Origin: an uncultured delta proteobacterium
GTDB lineage: Bacteria; Desulfobacterota; Binatia; HRBIN30; BPIQ01
Assembly (NCBI GenBank): GCA_963761335.1
Contig: CAVXGR010000015.1
Location: forward strand, 256,001-320,000
Length of the DNA: 64,000 bases
Direction of reading: 5' to 3'
This document shows positions 31,121-40,670 of this stretch, piece by piece (positions within the stretch are counted from its first letter, which is position 1; each line of letters opens with the position of its first letter). Under the pieces are notes generated by a model that was not told the DNA's origin, did not search any database, and worked only from the letters and a program-made list of their open reading frames with translations. Made by a program: the position numbers and the translations under genes.

Positions 31121-32840
31121 TGAAGGTGGCGAGGCTCACGGCGACGACCGCGGCCAGCGACGCGACCACGCCGGCCCACCCGGATGGCGACAGCGGTTGG
31201 CCGCTCAGGTGGCTGGCGAAGAGCACGTAGACCGGCCAGGCTTCGAGCACGACGACGAGGCCGATGAAGGACATGCACAGCACCATGTAGATCAGACCGC
31301 CCGGCCCGGCGGCGACCTTGGTGGCGTTGTCGGCGTCGAAGCGGGGATAGGTCACTCCCACCGCCAGGCCGAGACTGACGATGCCGAACATCATCAGGAA
31401 CAGCGTCACGGTGGAGAGCCACATCATCACCGGCATCACCCGCAGGTAGCTGTTGGTGAGGATCACCAGAGCCTCGCCCAGGGTCAGCAGCGGCAGCAGG
31501 CCGGCCCAGAACTTCGTCCACCAGACGCGCCGTAGCCGCAGCGGCGCCGTCTTCAGGATCCAGAAGGCCCTTCCTTCCAGACTGATCGACGGAAAGACGA
31601 AGCGCACCGCCACCGCCGCGGTGACGAATCCGGCGAGCGCCAGGTTGACGAAGGCGATCACGTTCTTGAAGTAGAAGGTGACCAGCGGGCTGCCTTTGAT
31701 CGGCAGAACGCTGAAGTTGTAGACGTAGACCACGACCAGCGCCAGGAGCAGGATGAGCTGCGACCACTGACTGGTATCGCGGAAGAACGTCTTCACCTCC
31801 TTGCCCACCAGCAATCGCGTGTGCGGCGACAGAGGCCGGGTGATCAGCGCCAGGGCGCGCTCCCACAGAGGTCCGCGGGTGAGGCGGGCGCGCCGGCCCT
31901 CCTGCGCCTTGGTCCAGCCGGAGAGGTACCAGCGCGCCGTGATCGCTTCGGCGGCCATGAAGCCGACGGCGGCCGTGGTCGCCAGCAGCAAGGCGTGGAA
32001 GCCCACGGTGCTCGGGCCGGAGCCGAGGAACGGGAAGACGATCTCCGTCGCCCAGGTGCTCGGGAGGTATGGAGACGATGGCGCCCGCATGGCGCCGATG
32101 AACTCGACGAAGTTGGCGAAGGCCTCGGGGTTTACCAGGCGCTCCGGCTGCAGCATGCGAAACATCATGTACAGCACGGCCACCATGACGATCGACAGGA
32201 CGACCAGGATGTCCTTGGTGCGGCGCGCCGGAAAGATGTTGACCAGCATCACCGTGGTGATCACACCCAGCGCCGCCGGGATCATCAGGAAGGGAACGAG
32301 CGTCGCGGCCGTCACCAGATAGAAGCTCGGCCCGGCGCCGTGCGCCACGCCGTAGGCCAGAAAGGCCGGCAGGGCGAAGAGCACCATCATCCACGACGAC
32401 TCGATGAGGCTCTCGAGAAAGCGCGAGGTGAAGAAGCGGTGCGCGCTCAGCGGCGCCGCCATCAGGCGATCCAGGTCGCGCGCCAGAAAGAAGGTCGACA
32501 GCGAGGTGACGATGTTGCTGAACAGCAGGACAGAGAAGAAGGTGACGAAGACCATGCCGAGCAGCTTGTAGGTGAGGACGGGGCCGAAGTCGGGAACCTC
32601 CAGGAAGTAGTGCAGCACCCGCAGGAAGAAGAGATAGATCGCGGTGCCGAAGCCCATGCCCAGGACCGTGAGGATGCCGAGCTGGATGCGCCCGGCGCGC
32701 CCCATCCGGCGCAGGCGATTGCGTGCCCCGAGGTAGCGGGGCGAGAGCAGGCGCAGCTGGGCTCGCAGGCCGTCCAGCGACACCCCGCGGACGGCGGGCG
32801 CTCGGGCGACCAGAGGGCGACTGGGCTCCGCCGGGTTCAT
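31071..32840 (-). CDS. Putative ABC transporter permease
   Basis: Many TM helices, KEVKTFFRD and SISLEGRAFWILK motifs; ATGA-coupled to the ATPase gene. Confidence 0.85.
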   Translation of the reverse strand: MNPAEPSRPLVARAPAVRGVSLDGLRAQLRLLSPRYLGARNRLRRMGRAGRIQLGILTVLGMGFGTAIYLFFLRVLHYFLEVPDFGPVLTYKLLGMVFVTFFSVLLFSNIVTSLSTFFLARDLDRLMAAPLSAHRFFTSRFLESLIESSWMMVLFALPAFLAYGVAHGAGPSFYLVTAATLVPFLMIPAALGVITTVMLVNIFPARRTKDILVVLSIVMVAVLYMMFRMLQPERLVNPEAFANFVEFIGAMRAPSSPYLPSTWATEIVFPFLGSGPSTVGFHALLLATTAAVGFMAAEAITARWYLSGWTKAQEGRRARLTRGPLWERALALITRPLSPHTRLLVGKEVKTFFRDTSQWSQLILLLALVVVYVYNFSVLPIKGSPLVTFYFKNVIAFVNLALAGFVTAAVAVRFVFPSISLEGRAFWILKTAPLRLRRVWWTKFWAGLLPLLTLGEALVILTNSYLRVMPVMMWLSTVTLFLMMFGIVSLGLAVGVTYPRFDADNATKVAAGPGGLIYMVLCMSFIGLVVVLEAWPVYVLFASHLSGQPLSPSGWAGVVASLAAVVAVSLATFIIPMRRGLRRLEQLEV

Positions 32841-33598
32841 GCGCGCAGGGCCGAGACGACCTGGCGTATCTCCTCGCCGCCGGTGAGGGAGAGGAAGATC
32901 GACTCCAGGCGATCGGCGGTGTCGTTGCCCGCCTGCTGGCGCAGCTCGTCGACGGTGCCGCAGGCGACCAGCTGCCCGCGGTTGATGATGGCCACCCGAT
33001 CGGCGACCTCCTCCGCCACCTCGAGGCTGTGGGTCGACATGAAGACGGTCACGCCGTGGGCGGCGAGCTCGCGGAAGGTCCGCTTCAGAAGACGCGCGCC
33101 GCGGGGATCCATCCCCACCATCGGCTCGTCGACAATGAGAACTCGCGGGCGGTGGATCAGCGCCGACGCCATCACCAGTCGCTGCTTCATGCCGTGGGAA
33201 TACGACTCCACCAGCTCCTCCTGCCACTGCACGAGATCGAACAGCTCGAGAAGGTCGGCCGACCTCTGCTCGGTGACTTCATCGGAAACGCCGTAGAGGC
33301 CGGCGACGAAGCCGAGGAACTCGCGGCCGGTGAGCTTCTCGTAGACATGGGGGCGATCGGGAACGAAGCCGCAGAGCTGCTTGGCCGCCTCGGGCTCGGA
33401 GCGCAGGTCGTGGCCGCCGAGAACGACGCGACCGGAGGTGGGCTGCAGCAGCCCCATCATCATGCGGATCGTCGTCGTCTTGCCGGCGCCGTTCGGACCC
33501 AGGAAGGCGAACACCTCCCCCGAATCGATGGAGAGGTTCAGGCCGTCGACGGCGCGGACGGAGCTGTACTGTTTGGTGAGCTCGACGATTTCGATCAT
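32837..33598 (-). CDS. ABC transporter ATP-binding protein
   Basis: GPNGAGKTT, YSHGMKQR, LIVDEP, STH. Confidence 0.95.
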   Translation of the reverse strand: MIEIVELTKQYSSVRAVDGLNLSIDSGEVFAFLGPNGAGKTTTIRMMMGLLQPTSGRVVLGGHDLRSEPEAAKQLCGFVPDRPHVYEKLTGREFLGFVAGLYGVSDEVTEQRSADLLELFDLVQWQEELVESYSHGMKQRLVMASALIHRPRVLIVDEPMVGMDPRGARLLKRTFRELAAHGVTVFMSTHSLEVAEEVADRVAIINRGQLVACGTVDELRQQAGNDTADRLESIFLSLTGGEEIRQVVSALRA

Positions 33599-33605
33599 CT
33601 GCCGC

Positions 33606-33633
33606 TATCCTGCTGATCGTATCCTGCTGATCG
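33606..33633. repeat. Perfect 14-bp tandem duplication (TATCCTGCTGATCG x2) in the RBS region
   Basis: Read directly from the sequence. Confidence 0.85.
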
Positions 33634-33762
33634 GGTGGGGTGTTTGCAACTTCGATGCCTGACCGTGCGCCACCGCATTGACAGCCGACCCGCGCCCGCC
33701 CGCCGTTGAATATTCGGCGGGCCGCCGGCAAGGATGCGGTTTCGTCTGGCGTTGAGCCGTGC

Positions 33763-34146
33763 TCAGGACAGACCGCGCAGGTTGGTCTTCCACTCGCGCC
33801 GGGGCCCAGCCCACAGTACCTGCTTCAGGTCCACCTTGCCGCTGCGGTTGAAGTGAATGCCCTCGCGTTCCAGGATCTGCCTCTGCAGGTCGGGGCGGAG
33901 CAGATCGCCGCGGTGGCTGATGCCGCCGGAGGCGTTGATGACCCGCTGCCAGGGAACCTCGGACTGGAGAACCCGGGGCAGCATGCGCAGCGCTTGTCCC
34001 ACGGCGCGGGCAGCGCGTGGCTGCCCGAGGATCGCGGCCACCTGCCCGTAGGTGACCACCTTGCCGCGCGGAACCCGGCGCACCAGGCGATAGACGAGCT
34101 GATGGAACGGCGGTGTCTTTCCGCCCTTGCGGCTGCGCGTCGCCAC
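33763..34146 (-). CDS. Alkyltransferase-like (ATL/YbaZ) MGMT-family DNA-binding protein
   Basis: VPRGKVVTYGQVA, ARAVG, PWQRV (Trp in place of the catalytic Cys). GTG start at 34146 is inferred. Confidence 0.85.
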   Translation of the reverse strand: MATRSRKGGKTPPFHQLVYRLVRRVPRGKVVTYGQVAAILGQPRAARAVGQALRMLPRVLQSEVPWQRVINASGGISHRGDLLRPDLQRQILEREGIHFNRSGKVDLKQVLWAGPRREWKTNLRGLS

Positions 34147-34192
34147 GCCTCGGTTTGTAGTACAACGACGAGGGGAGGGCGAGGCGCTTGCC

Positions 34193-34271
34193 GGGGACAG
34201 GCACCTTTTCGGCTGCCGAGGCGGCATTTTTCTCGTTCGCGTCACCTTTCGCCGAAGAGGAGCCTGTCCCC
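34193..34271. repeat. REP-like inverted doublet, family B (GGGGACAGGCACCTTTTCGGC ... GCCGAAGAGGAGCCTGTCCCC)
   Basis: About 21-bp imperfect inverted arms; related copy at 53326-53391. Confidence 0.78.
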
Positions 34272-34309
34272 TTTTCGCGGATGCGGATAAGATGCGGATC
34301 GAGCCTGAG

Positions 34310-35749
34310 ATGACGTATGCCGAACGAGCGGAACGGACCATCCGCGAGGTGATCCCGCCGGTGGACTTCTGGTCGCTGCGCTACGTCGAGGAACGCGACG
34401 AGCATCTGGCGGTGCGCCGGGGTGTGGTCCAGCCGGCGCGCTCGTCGGAGGACATCGGCGCCATGGTGACCGTCGCCGATGCCGGTGGTATCGGCTATGC
34501 GTCGACCTGCGACCTCAGCCCGGGCGGGCTGCGGGCCGCCGCCGAGCGCGCCCGGCAGTGGGCGCGCCTGACGGCCGGAGCCGGTGTCATCGACGTCGCG
34601 CGGCTGCCCCTGCGCGGCCACCGCGGCGAATACGAGACGCACGCCTCGACGCCGTGGCAGTCGGTGCCGATGCGCGAGAAGATCGATCTGCTGCGGCAGC
34701 AATGCGAGCGCCTGAAGGTCGATGATCGCATCGTCGACTGGAGCGCGGCCCTCTGGCACACCGACGCTCTGACGCTCTACCTGACCAGCGACGGGGGCCG
34801 CATCGAGCAGCGCTTTCGCTACCTTCTCCCCACCCTCGGGGCGACCGCCAACAGCGGGGCGGAGTCGCAGTCGCGCACCTTCGGGGGGGACGCCTGCGTG
34901 CGCCAGGGCGGCATGGAGATCCTCGCCGAAGTGGGCTTCGTCGACGCCGCCTCGCGCGTCGGCGCCGAGGCCGTGGAGCTGCTCTGTGCTCCCGATTGTC
35001 CCACGGGAATCATGGATGTCCTCCTGGCGCCGGATCAGATGATCCTGCAGATCCACGAGTCCATCGGTCACCCCCTCGAGCTCGACCGCATCCTCGGAGA
35101 CGAGCGCAATTACGCCGGTACCAGCTTCGTGACCCTGGACATGTTCGGCACCTACCGCTACGGCTCGGAGTTGCTCAACGTCGTCTTCGACCCCACCCGA
35201 CCGCAGCAGCTCGCCACCTGCGCCTTCGACGACGACGGCCAGCCGGCCCGCCGGGAGTATCTGATCAAGGACGGCATTCTCCTGCGGCCGCTCGGCGGCC
35301 TCACCTCGCAGTCGCGTGCCGGCCTTCCGGGCGTCGCCAATGCGCGGGCGACGAGCTGGAACCGCCCGCCCATCGATCGCATGGGCAACATCAACCTGGA
35401 GCCGGCGGGTGCGCGACTCGAGGATATGATCGGCGCCGTGGAGCGCGGCGTCTACATGCAGACCAACAGCTCCTGGTCGATCGACGACTCGCGCAACAAG
35501 TTCCAGTTCGGCTGTGAACGAGGACAGCGAATCGAGGACGGCGAGCTGAGAGGCGTGGTCAAGAAGCCGAACTATCGCGGTGTCTCCGCCACCTTCTGGC
35601 GCAGCCTGAAGATGGTCGGCGACGCCGACGGCGTCGAGGTCCTCGGCACGCCATACTGCGGCAAGGGCGAGCCCAACCAGGTGATCCGCGTCGGCCATGC
35701 CTCGCCGGCGTGCCTGTTCGCCGCGGTTGATGTCTTCGGCGGAGCGTGA
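34310..35749 (+). CDS. tldD: TldD family metalloprotease
   Basis: HESIGHPLE zinc motif, FDDDG, PPIDRMGN, CGKG. Confidence 0.9.
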   Translation: MTYAERAERTIREVIPPVDFWSLRYVEERDEHLAVRRGVVQPARSSEDIGAMVTVADAGGIGYASTCDLSPGGLRAAAERARQWARLTAGAGVIDVARLPLRGHRGEYETHASTPWQSVPMREKIDLLRQQCERLKVDDRIVDWSAALWHTDALTLYLTSDGGRIEQRFRYLLPTLGATANSGAESQSRTFGGDACVRQGGMEILAEVGFVDAASRVGAEAVELLCAPDCPTGIMDVLLAPDQMILQIHESIGHPLELDRILGDERNYAGTSFVTLDMFGTYRYGSELLNVVFDPTRPQQLATCAFDDDGQPARREYLIKDGILLRPLGGLTSQSRAGLPGVANARATSWNRPPIDRMGNINLEPAGARLEDMIGAVERGVYMQTNSSWSIDDSRNKFQFGCERGQRIEDGELRGVVKKPNYRGVSATFWRSLKMVGDADGVEVLGTPYCGKGEPNQVIRVGHASPACLFAAVDVFGGA

Positions 35750-35757
35750 CGGGGCCG

Positions 35758-37083
35758 ATGCAGGAGTACTTCTACGAGATCGGCGAGCGGCTCACCGGCA
35801 TGCTGCGGGGACGGGAGGTGTACACTTGCAGCTTCTCCGCGGAGGAGTCGGATTTTGTCCGTTTCAACCACGGCCGGATCCGCCAGGCCGGCGCGGTGAT
35901 CCAGCGCTACCTGTCCCTCGATCTCATCGAGGGCCGCCGGCATGCCTCGGCGGCGCTGACGCTCTCCGGCGAGCTGGAGGAGGACGAGGCGCGATTGCGC
36001 GCCGCGGTCGAGAGCCTGCGCGCGCAGCGGCACGAGCTCCCCGAAGATCCGTTCCTCCTCTACGCGACGGAGGTGCAATCGAGCGAGCGCCGCCGCGAGA
36101 ATCACCTGCCCGACAGCGCCTGGGCGGTGTGCCGTGCGCGCCAGGCCGGAGGCCGCGGTGGCGACCTCGTGGGTGTCTATGCCGCCGGAGGGGTGCACGC
36201 CGGCTTCGCCAACTCGTTCGGTCAGCGCAACTGGTTCACCGCCTACAGCTTCAACCTCGACTGGAGCAACTACGTCGGCGGCGACCGCGCGGTGAAGAGC
36301 AGCCACGCGGGCTTCGAGTGGAACGACCAGGAGTTCGAGCGCAAGCTCGACGCCGCCGGCGAGCAGCTCGCGGCTCTAGCGCGCCCGCCCCGCGATATCC
36401 GTCCGGGCCGCTATCGCGTCTTCCTGGCGCCGGCGGCGATGGACGAGCTCGTCGGCATCCTCTGCTGGGGCGGCTTCGGCTTGCGCGCCCACCGCACCAA
36501 GACGACGCCGCTGTTGCGCATGGTGGAGGAGGGCGCGCAGCTGAGCGAGGCGGTGAGCTTCGTCGAGAACACGGAAGAGAGCGTGGCGCCGCATTTTCAG
36601 GAGGCGGGCTTCATTCGGCCGCCGCGGGTTCCGCTGATTTCCGGCGGATCCTATCAGGCCTGCCTGGTGTCGCCGCGCTCGGCGGTGGAGTTCGGCGCCT
36701 CCACCAATGGTGCCTCGGCGGGAGAGAGCCCGCTGTCGGTGGACATGGCTCCCGGCGGTCTGCCGCTGGAGCGCGTCCTCGGAGCGCTGCAGACCGGGGT
36801 GTACGTTGGCAATCTGCACTATCTCAACTACTCCGATCGCAGCGCCTGCCGCACCACGGGCATGACCCGCTTCGCGACCTTCTGGGTGGAGAACGGCCGC
36901 ATTCAGGCGCCGCTCGAGGTCATGCGCTTCGACGAAACCGTTTACCGGATGCTCGGCACCCGGCTCGTCGATCTCACCGCCGAGCGCGAGCTGATTCTCG
37001 ACCCGCTGACCTACGGGCAGCGATCGACGCGCAGTGCGCGCCTGCCAGGCGCCTTGATCGAGGACTTCACCTTCACCCTCTAG
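35758..37083 (+). CDS. TldE/PmbA-like partner subunit
   Basis: Follows tldD, lacks HExxH; NLHYLN, TGMTRFATFWVENG motifs. GTG at 35746 is an alternative start. Confidence 0.85.
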   Translation: MQEYFYEIGERLTGMLRGREVYTCSFSAEESDFVRFNHGRIRQAGAVIQRYLSLDLIEGRRHASAALTLSGELEEDEARLRAAVESLRAQRHELPEDPFLLYATEVQSSERRRENHLPDSAWAVCRARQAGGRGGDLVGVYAAGGVHAGFANSFGQRNWFTAYSFNLDWSNYVGGDRAVKSSHAGFEWNDQEFERKLDAAGEQLAALARPPRDIRPGRYRVFLAPAAMDELVGILCWGGFGLRAHRTKTTPLLRMVEEGAQLSEAVSFVENTEESVAPHFQEAGFIRPPRVPLISGGSYQACLVSPRSAVEFGASTNGASAGESPLSVDMAPGGLPLERVLGALQTGVYVGNLHYLNYSDRSACRTTGMTRFATFWVENGRIQAPLEVMRFDETVYRMLGTRLVDLTAERELILDPLTYGQRSTRSARLPGALIEDFTFTL

Positions 37084-37086
37084 GCG

Positions 37087-38565
37087 ATGGCGCGCCTGGC
37101 AGACCCGTATCCTTCCGAGCTCGTCCGGCTTCTCCTTGGCGGTGCGGCCGCTCTCCTCGTCGCCCTCGCCGTCGGCAGCGCGGCGTGCTCGGGCGTGGAG
37201 GGCGCGGCCGCGGTGGTTTCCGACCCGGGGGTACAGGCCACTGTCGATCTCCTCTTTCAGCCGGCGCCGACACAGGGATGCATTCCCGCCGACCACAATG
37301 GCGATGGGCGCGTATCTGCCGCCGATCTGGTGGCCTTGGTGCGCGGAGCGCCGGTCACCTGTCCAGCCACGCCGACGCCCTCGGCGACCTCGGTGATGGT
37401 GACGCCGACGCCGCGAGGAGAGCTGCTCATCCCTGCCTCGGAGCCCACCGCTGTCATCACCCAGCTCCCCAACGGCCTCATCGTCGGAGGCCGGCCGCGC
37501 ATGCCGCCGCAGTACGAGGTGCCGGCGCCCCCCGAGGCGCGTGTCGAGGATCTCGCCACCGGCCTCGAGGTGCCGTGGTCCATGGCCTTCGCCCCCGACG
37601 GGCGCTTGTTCGTCAGCGAGCGGCCGGGGCGCATCCGGGTGATCACCGGCGGGCATCTGGTCCCCGATCCGTGGGCGACGATTGCCGTTCAGGCCGTCGG
37701 CGAGGGCGGACTCATGGGTCTGGCGCTGGATCCGGACTTCGCCTCATCTCCGTTCGTCTACGTGTGCTACACCTTCGACGACAACGGCTCCACGGAGAAT
37801 CGCATCAGCCGCTTCCCGGAGGTGGACGGCCATGCCGGAGCCGAGGAGATCCTGCTCGATCGCTTTCCCGGCGCCCGCATCCACAACGGCTGCCGGCTGA
37901 AGTTCGGACCGGACGGCAAGCTCTACGCCACCTCTGGCGACAGCTTCGAGCGCTCGCTGGCGCAGGATCTCGGTTCCCTCGCCGGCAAGATCCTGCGGCT
38001 GAATGCCGACGGCTCGATCCCCGCGGACAACCCCTTCGGCCCTGAGTCGCGGATCTACAGTTACGGCCACCGCAACCCGCAGGGGCTCGCCTTCGACCCG
38101 CGCACCGGCAAGCTGTTCGAGACCGAGCACGGCCCCTCGGGAGAGGTCGACCTCGGCGCCTACGACGAGGTGAACATCATTGTTCCGGGGGAGAATTACG
38201 GCTGGCCGGTGGTTGTCGGCGCGCCCCAGCTGCCGCAGTTCGTCGATCCGCTGCTCTGCTATCCGGACACCGCCGTCCCGCCGGCGGGCGCGACCTTCTA
38301 CAGCGGTGCCCTGATCCCGGAATGGGCGGGTGATCTCTTCTTCACCAGCCTCGGCGCGCACCACCTGCAGCGCCTTGTCCTCGACGCGCAACGCACGCAC
38401 GTCCTGGCGATCGAGCGCCTTTACGACGGCGCTTACGGTCGCCTGCGCGACATCATCGAGGGCCCCGACGGCGCCCTCTACATGAGCACCAGCAACCGCG
38501 ACGGCCGCGGCTTTCCCGCCGCCGATGACGACCGGATTTTGCGGATCTCCGGGGCTGCGTCGTGA
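37087..38565 (+). CDS. PQQ-dependent glucose/sorbosone-type dehydrogenase with N-terminal dockerin-like motif
   Basis: PWSMAFAPDG, GEGGLMG, HNGCRLKFGPDG, GHRNPQG, YGWP, GRLRD; N-terminal DHNGDGRVSAADL plus a PT-rich linker. Confidence 0.88.
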   Translation: MARLADPYPSELVRLLLGGAAALLVALAVGSAACSGVEGAAAVVSDPGVQATVDLLFQPAPTQGCIPADHNGDGRVSAADLVALVRGAPVTCPATPTPSATSVMVTPTPRGELLIPASEPTAVITQLPNGLIVGGRPRMPPQYEVPAPPEARVEDLATGLEVPWSMAFAPDGRLFVSERPGRIRVITGGHLVPDPWATIAVQAVGEGGLMGLALDPDFASSPFVYVCYTFDDNGSTENRISRFPEVDGHAGAEEILLDRFPGARIHNGCRLKFGPDGKLYATSGDSFERSLAQDLGSLAGKILRLNADGSIPADNPFGPESRIYSYGHRNPQGLAFDPRTGKLFETEHGPSGEVDLGAYDEVNIIVPGENYGWPVVVGAPQLPQFVDPLLCYPDTAVPPAGATFYSGALIPEWAGDLFFTSLGAHHLQRLVLDAQRTHVLAIERLYDGAYGRLRDIIEGPDGALYMSTSNRDGRGFPAADDDRILRISGAAS

Positions 38566-38598
38566 GTCATTCCGGGGCCGCCATGCGCACTTCTGATC

Positions 38599-38663
38599 CT
38601 CACGCAACGGCGCAACGCTCCATTTCGGAGCTTCCGCGTGGCGCCGCGGCGCCGTTGCCTGAG
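38599..38663. repeat. Inverted repeat built from 8-bp units between convergent genes; possible bidirectional terminator
   Basis: CTCACGCAACGGCGCAACG ... CGCGGCGCCGTTGCCTGAG. Confidence 0.6.
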
Positions 38664-38686
38664 TCTCTCTCGCGATCGCATCCCGG

Positions 38687-39949
38687 CTACACGCCCATCC
38701 GCAGCCCCGCGCCGCCGTCCGGCTCCTGGCCGAGGGCCTTGCGGGCATCGTTCATGGCGGCGCGGAAGATTCCCTGCGCCATCAGCGATTCCGCGTCGGC
38801 GAGCCGCCGCGCGTAGACGTCGCGCTTGAGCTCCTGAGCGGCGGGGCTCTGCGGCTCGGCCCGGGTTGCCCACTCGGCGAGGTGCGAGGCCATCACCGGG
38901 TCGCCGCCGGCCAGCAGCTCGCGGCCGCGGCGGATCACCGCGCCGACGCCGCCGGCGAGCTTGGCGATCTCCTCGGCCTGCGCCCCCCACGTCGCCGGCA
39001 GCAGGTCGGCGGCGTTGCCGTTCCACCAGCCGCCCCACAGACGTAGCAGGTTGCGCACGATGAACTTCGGGTGGTCGTAGTTGGCGCGCAGGAAGGCGCG
39101 TGTGGAGAGCTCGGGGTCGGGCTCGACGCCGTGGAAGATCTCTTCCGGCGTCTGCCCGGCGTTCATGCGCTCCAGCACCTGATCGATGATCACCCGCAGG
39201 TAGCGGGCCGTGTCGGTGAGCACCGTGCGCACGTTGTCCTTTCCCTGCACGGCGAGGCCGTGGCCCGGGAAGAGCCACTCCGCGTCCAACCCCGCCATGG
39301 TCTCCAGCGCCGTGGCCCATTCCAGCGGATATCTCTGCACCTTCTGCGGATTGCCGCAGTTGGGCGCCTGCCAGATGATCAGGTCGCCGGTGAACAGGAG
39401 ACGCCGCTCCGGAATCCACACCCAGCAGGCGTCGTCGGTCTCCCCTTTGGCGGCGCGATAGTGCACCTCGAGATTGCCGAGGCGCTGGGTGAGCGAGTCG
39501 CGGAAGGTCAACGTCGGCCACTCGAAGTGATCCGGGAACATCGGCGCCGGCAGGCTGAACTGCCGCTGGTTGATGCGCGCGTTCCAGCCGTGAGTCATTT
39601 GGTAGCGGTGGAAGCGGGCGACGCAGTTCTCCTGCGCCACGATCTGCGGCCGCTCTCCGGCGCGCAGGAAGGCGGCGAGCCCGAAGGCATGGTCTGCATG
39701 GCCGTGGGTATAGACGGCGGTGTGCAAGGGGGCCTCGCTCCAGGCGCGCACCGCCTGATGCAGGCTGTCGGACAGGTGCGCGAAGCCGGGATCGATCAGC
39801 AGCAGCCCATCCGGGGTCTGCACCGCATACGAGTTGATGAAGGCCCCGTGCATCAGCACTCCCGGCGCCACCTCGGTGGGCTCGGCGTAGAGGGTGAGAC
39901 GGGCGTGCAACGGGTCGGAGGTGAGCATCGGAAAGGGTTGTGTGGCCAT
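38687..39949 (-). CDS. Metallo-beta-lactamase-fold alkyl/aryl sulfatase-like hydrolase
   Basis: THGHADH, GETDD, FTGDL, PNCGNPQK, FPGHG; C-terminal dimerisation-type region. Confidence 0.85.
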   Translation of the reverse strand: MATQPFPMLTSDPLHARLTLYAEPTEVAPGVLMHGAFINSYAVQTPDGLLLIDPGFAHLSDSLHQAVRAWSEAPLHTAVYTHGHADHAFGLAAFLRAGERPQIVAQENCVARFHRYQMTHGWNARINQRQFSLPAPMFPDHFEWPTLTFRDSLTQRLGNLEVHYRAAKGETDDACWVWIPERRLLFTGDLIIWQAPNCGNPQKVQRYPLEWATALETMAGLDAEWLFPGHGLAVQGKDNVRTVLTDTARYLRVIIDQVLERMNAGQTPEEIFHGVEPDPELSTRAFLRANYDHPKFIVRNLLRLWGGWWNGNAADLLPATWGAQAEEIAKLAGGVGAVIRRGRELLAGGDPVMASHLAEWATRAEPQSPAAQELKRDVYARRLADAESLMAQGIFRAAMNDARKALGQEPDGGAGLRMGV

Positions 39950-40042
39950 GACTTCTCGTAGCCGATAATCCCGAGCCGCCTCAAGGGGGAACGGCTCCCT
40001 CCTCTTTGCACGAACCCGGGTTCCGTCTAGAGTAGATGATTC

Positions 40043-40597
40043 ATGAGCCGACAGAGCGAGCACCACCTGGCGTGGATGGATCTCGAGATGACCGGGCTCG
40101 ACCCCGACCGCGAAACCATCCTGGAGATCGCGGTGCTGATCACCACCGATCATCTGGAGCCGGTGGCGGAGGGGCCGGTGCTGGCCGTGCACCAGCCGGA
40201 CGAGGTGCTGGCGGGAATGGACGAGTGGAACCGCGAGCACCATTCCGCCTCGGGCCTGACAGAACGGGTGCGGAGCTCGACGGTGACCATGGAGGAGGCC
40301 GAGGAGCGCACCCTGGACTTCGTGAGCACCTATTGCCCGCGCCGCAGCTCGCCGCTGTGCGGCAACTCCATCTGCCAGGACCGCCGCTTCCTGGCCCGCC
40401 ACATGCCGCGGCTGGAAGCGTACTTTCACTACCGCAACATCGACGTAAGCACCGTCAAGGAGCTGGTTGCCCGCTGGTACCCTGAGGGGCCGCCGCCGCC
40501 GCCGAAGAAGCACGCGCACCTGGCGCTCGACGACATCCGCGAGTCGCTCGAGGAGCTGCGCTTCTACCGCGACAGTTTCCTCCGCCCGCGCGCCTGA
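40043..40597 (+). CDS. orn: Oligoribonuclease
   Basis: [41 protein letters not shown]. Confidence 0.97.
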   Translation: MSRQSEHHLAWMDLEMTGLDPDRETILEIAVLITTDHLEPVAEGPVLAVHQPDEVLAGMDEWNREHHSASGLTERVRSSTVTMEEAEERTLDFVSTYCPRRSSPLCGNSICQDRRFLARHMPRLEAYFHYRNIDVSTVKELVARWYPEGPPPPPKKHAHLALDDIRESLEELRFYRDSFLRPRA

Positions 40598-40670
40598 GAC
40601 AGCGGGCGCCGGTCGTTCCACAGGCCAACCCAATCCTGTATGTAAAGTGGGAAACGTCGACGCAGATGCA

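Noticed and set aside
33763..34146. Active O6-methylguanine methyltransferase (ogt/ada)
   Set aside because: The acceptor motif is PWQRV rather than PCHRV, so there is no catalytic Cys; called ATL instead.
34310..37083. TldD/E pair as part of a RiPP cluster
   Set aside because: No precursor peptide or modification enzymes are adjacent; standalone tldD/E pairs are common.
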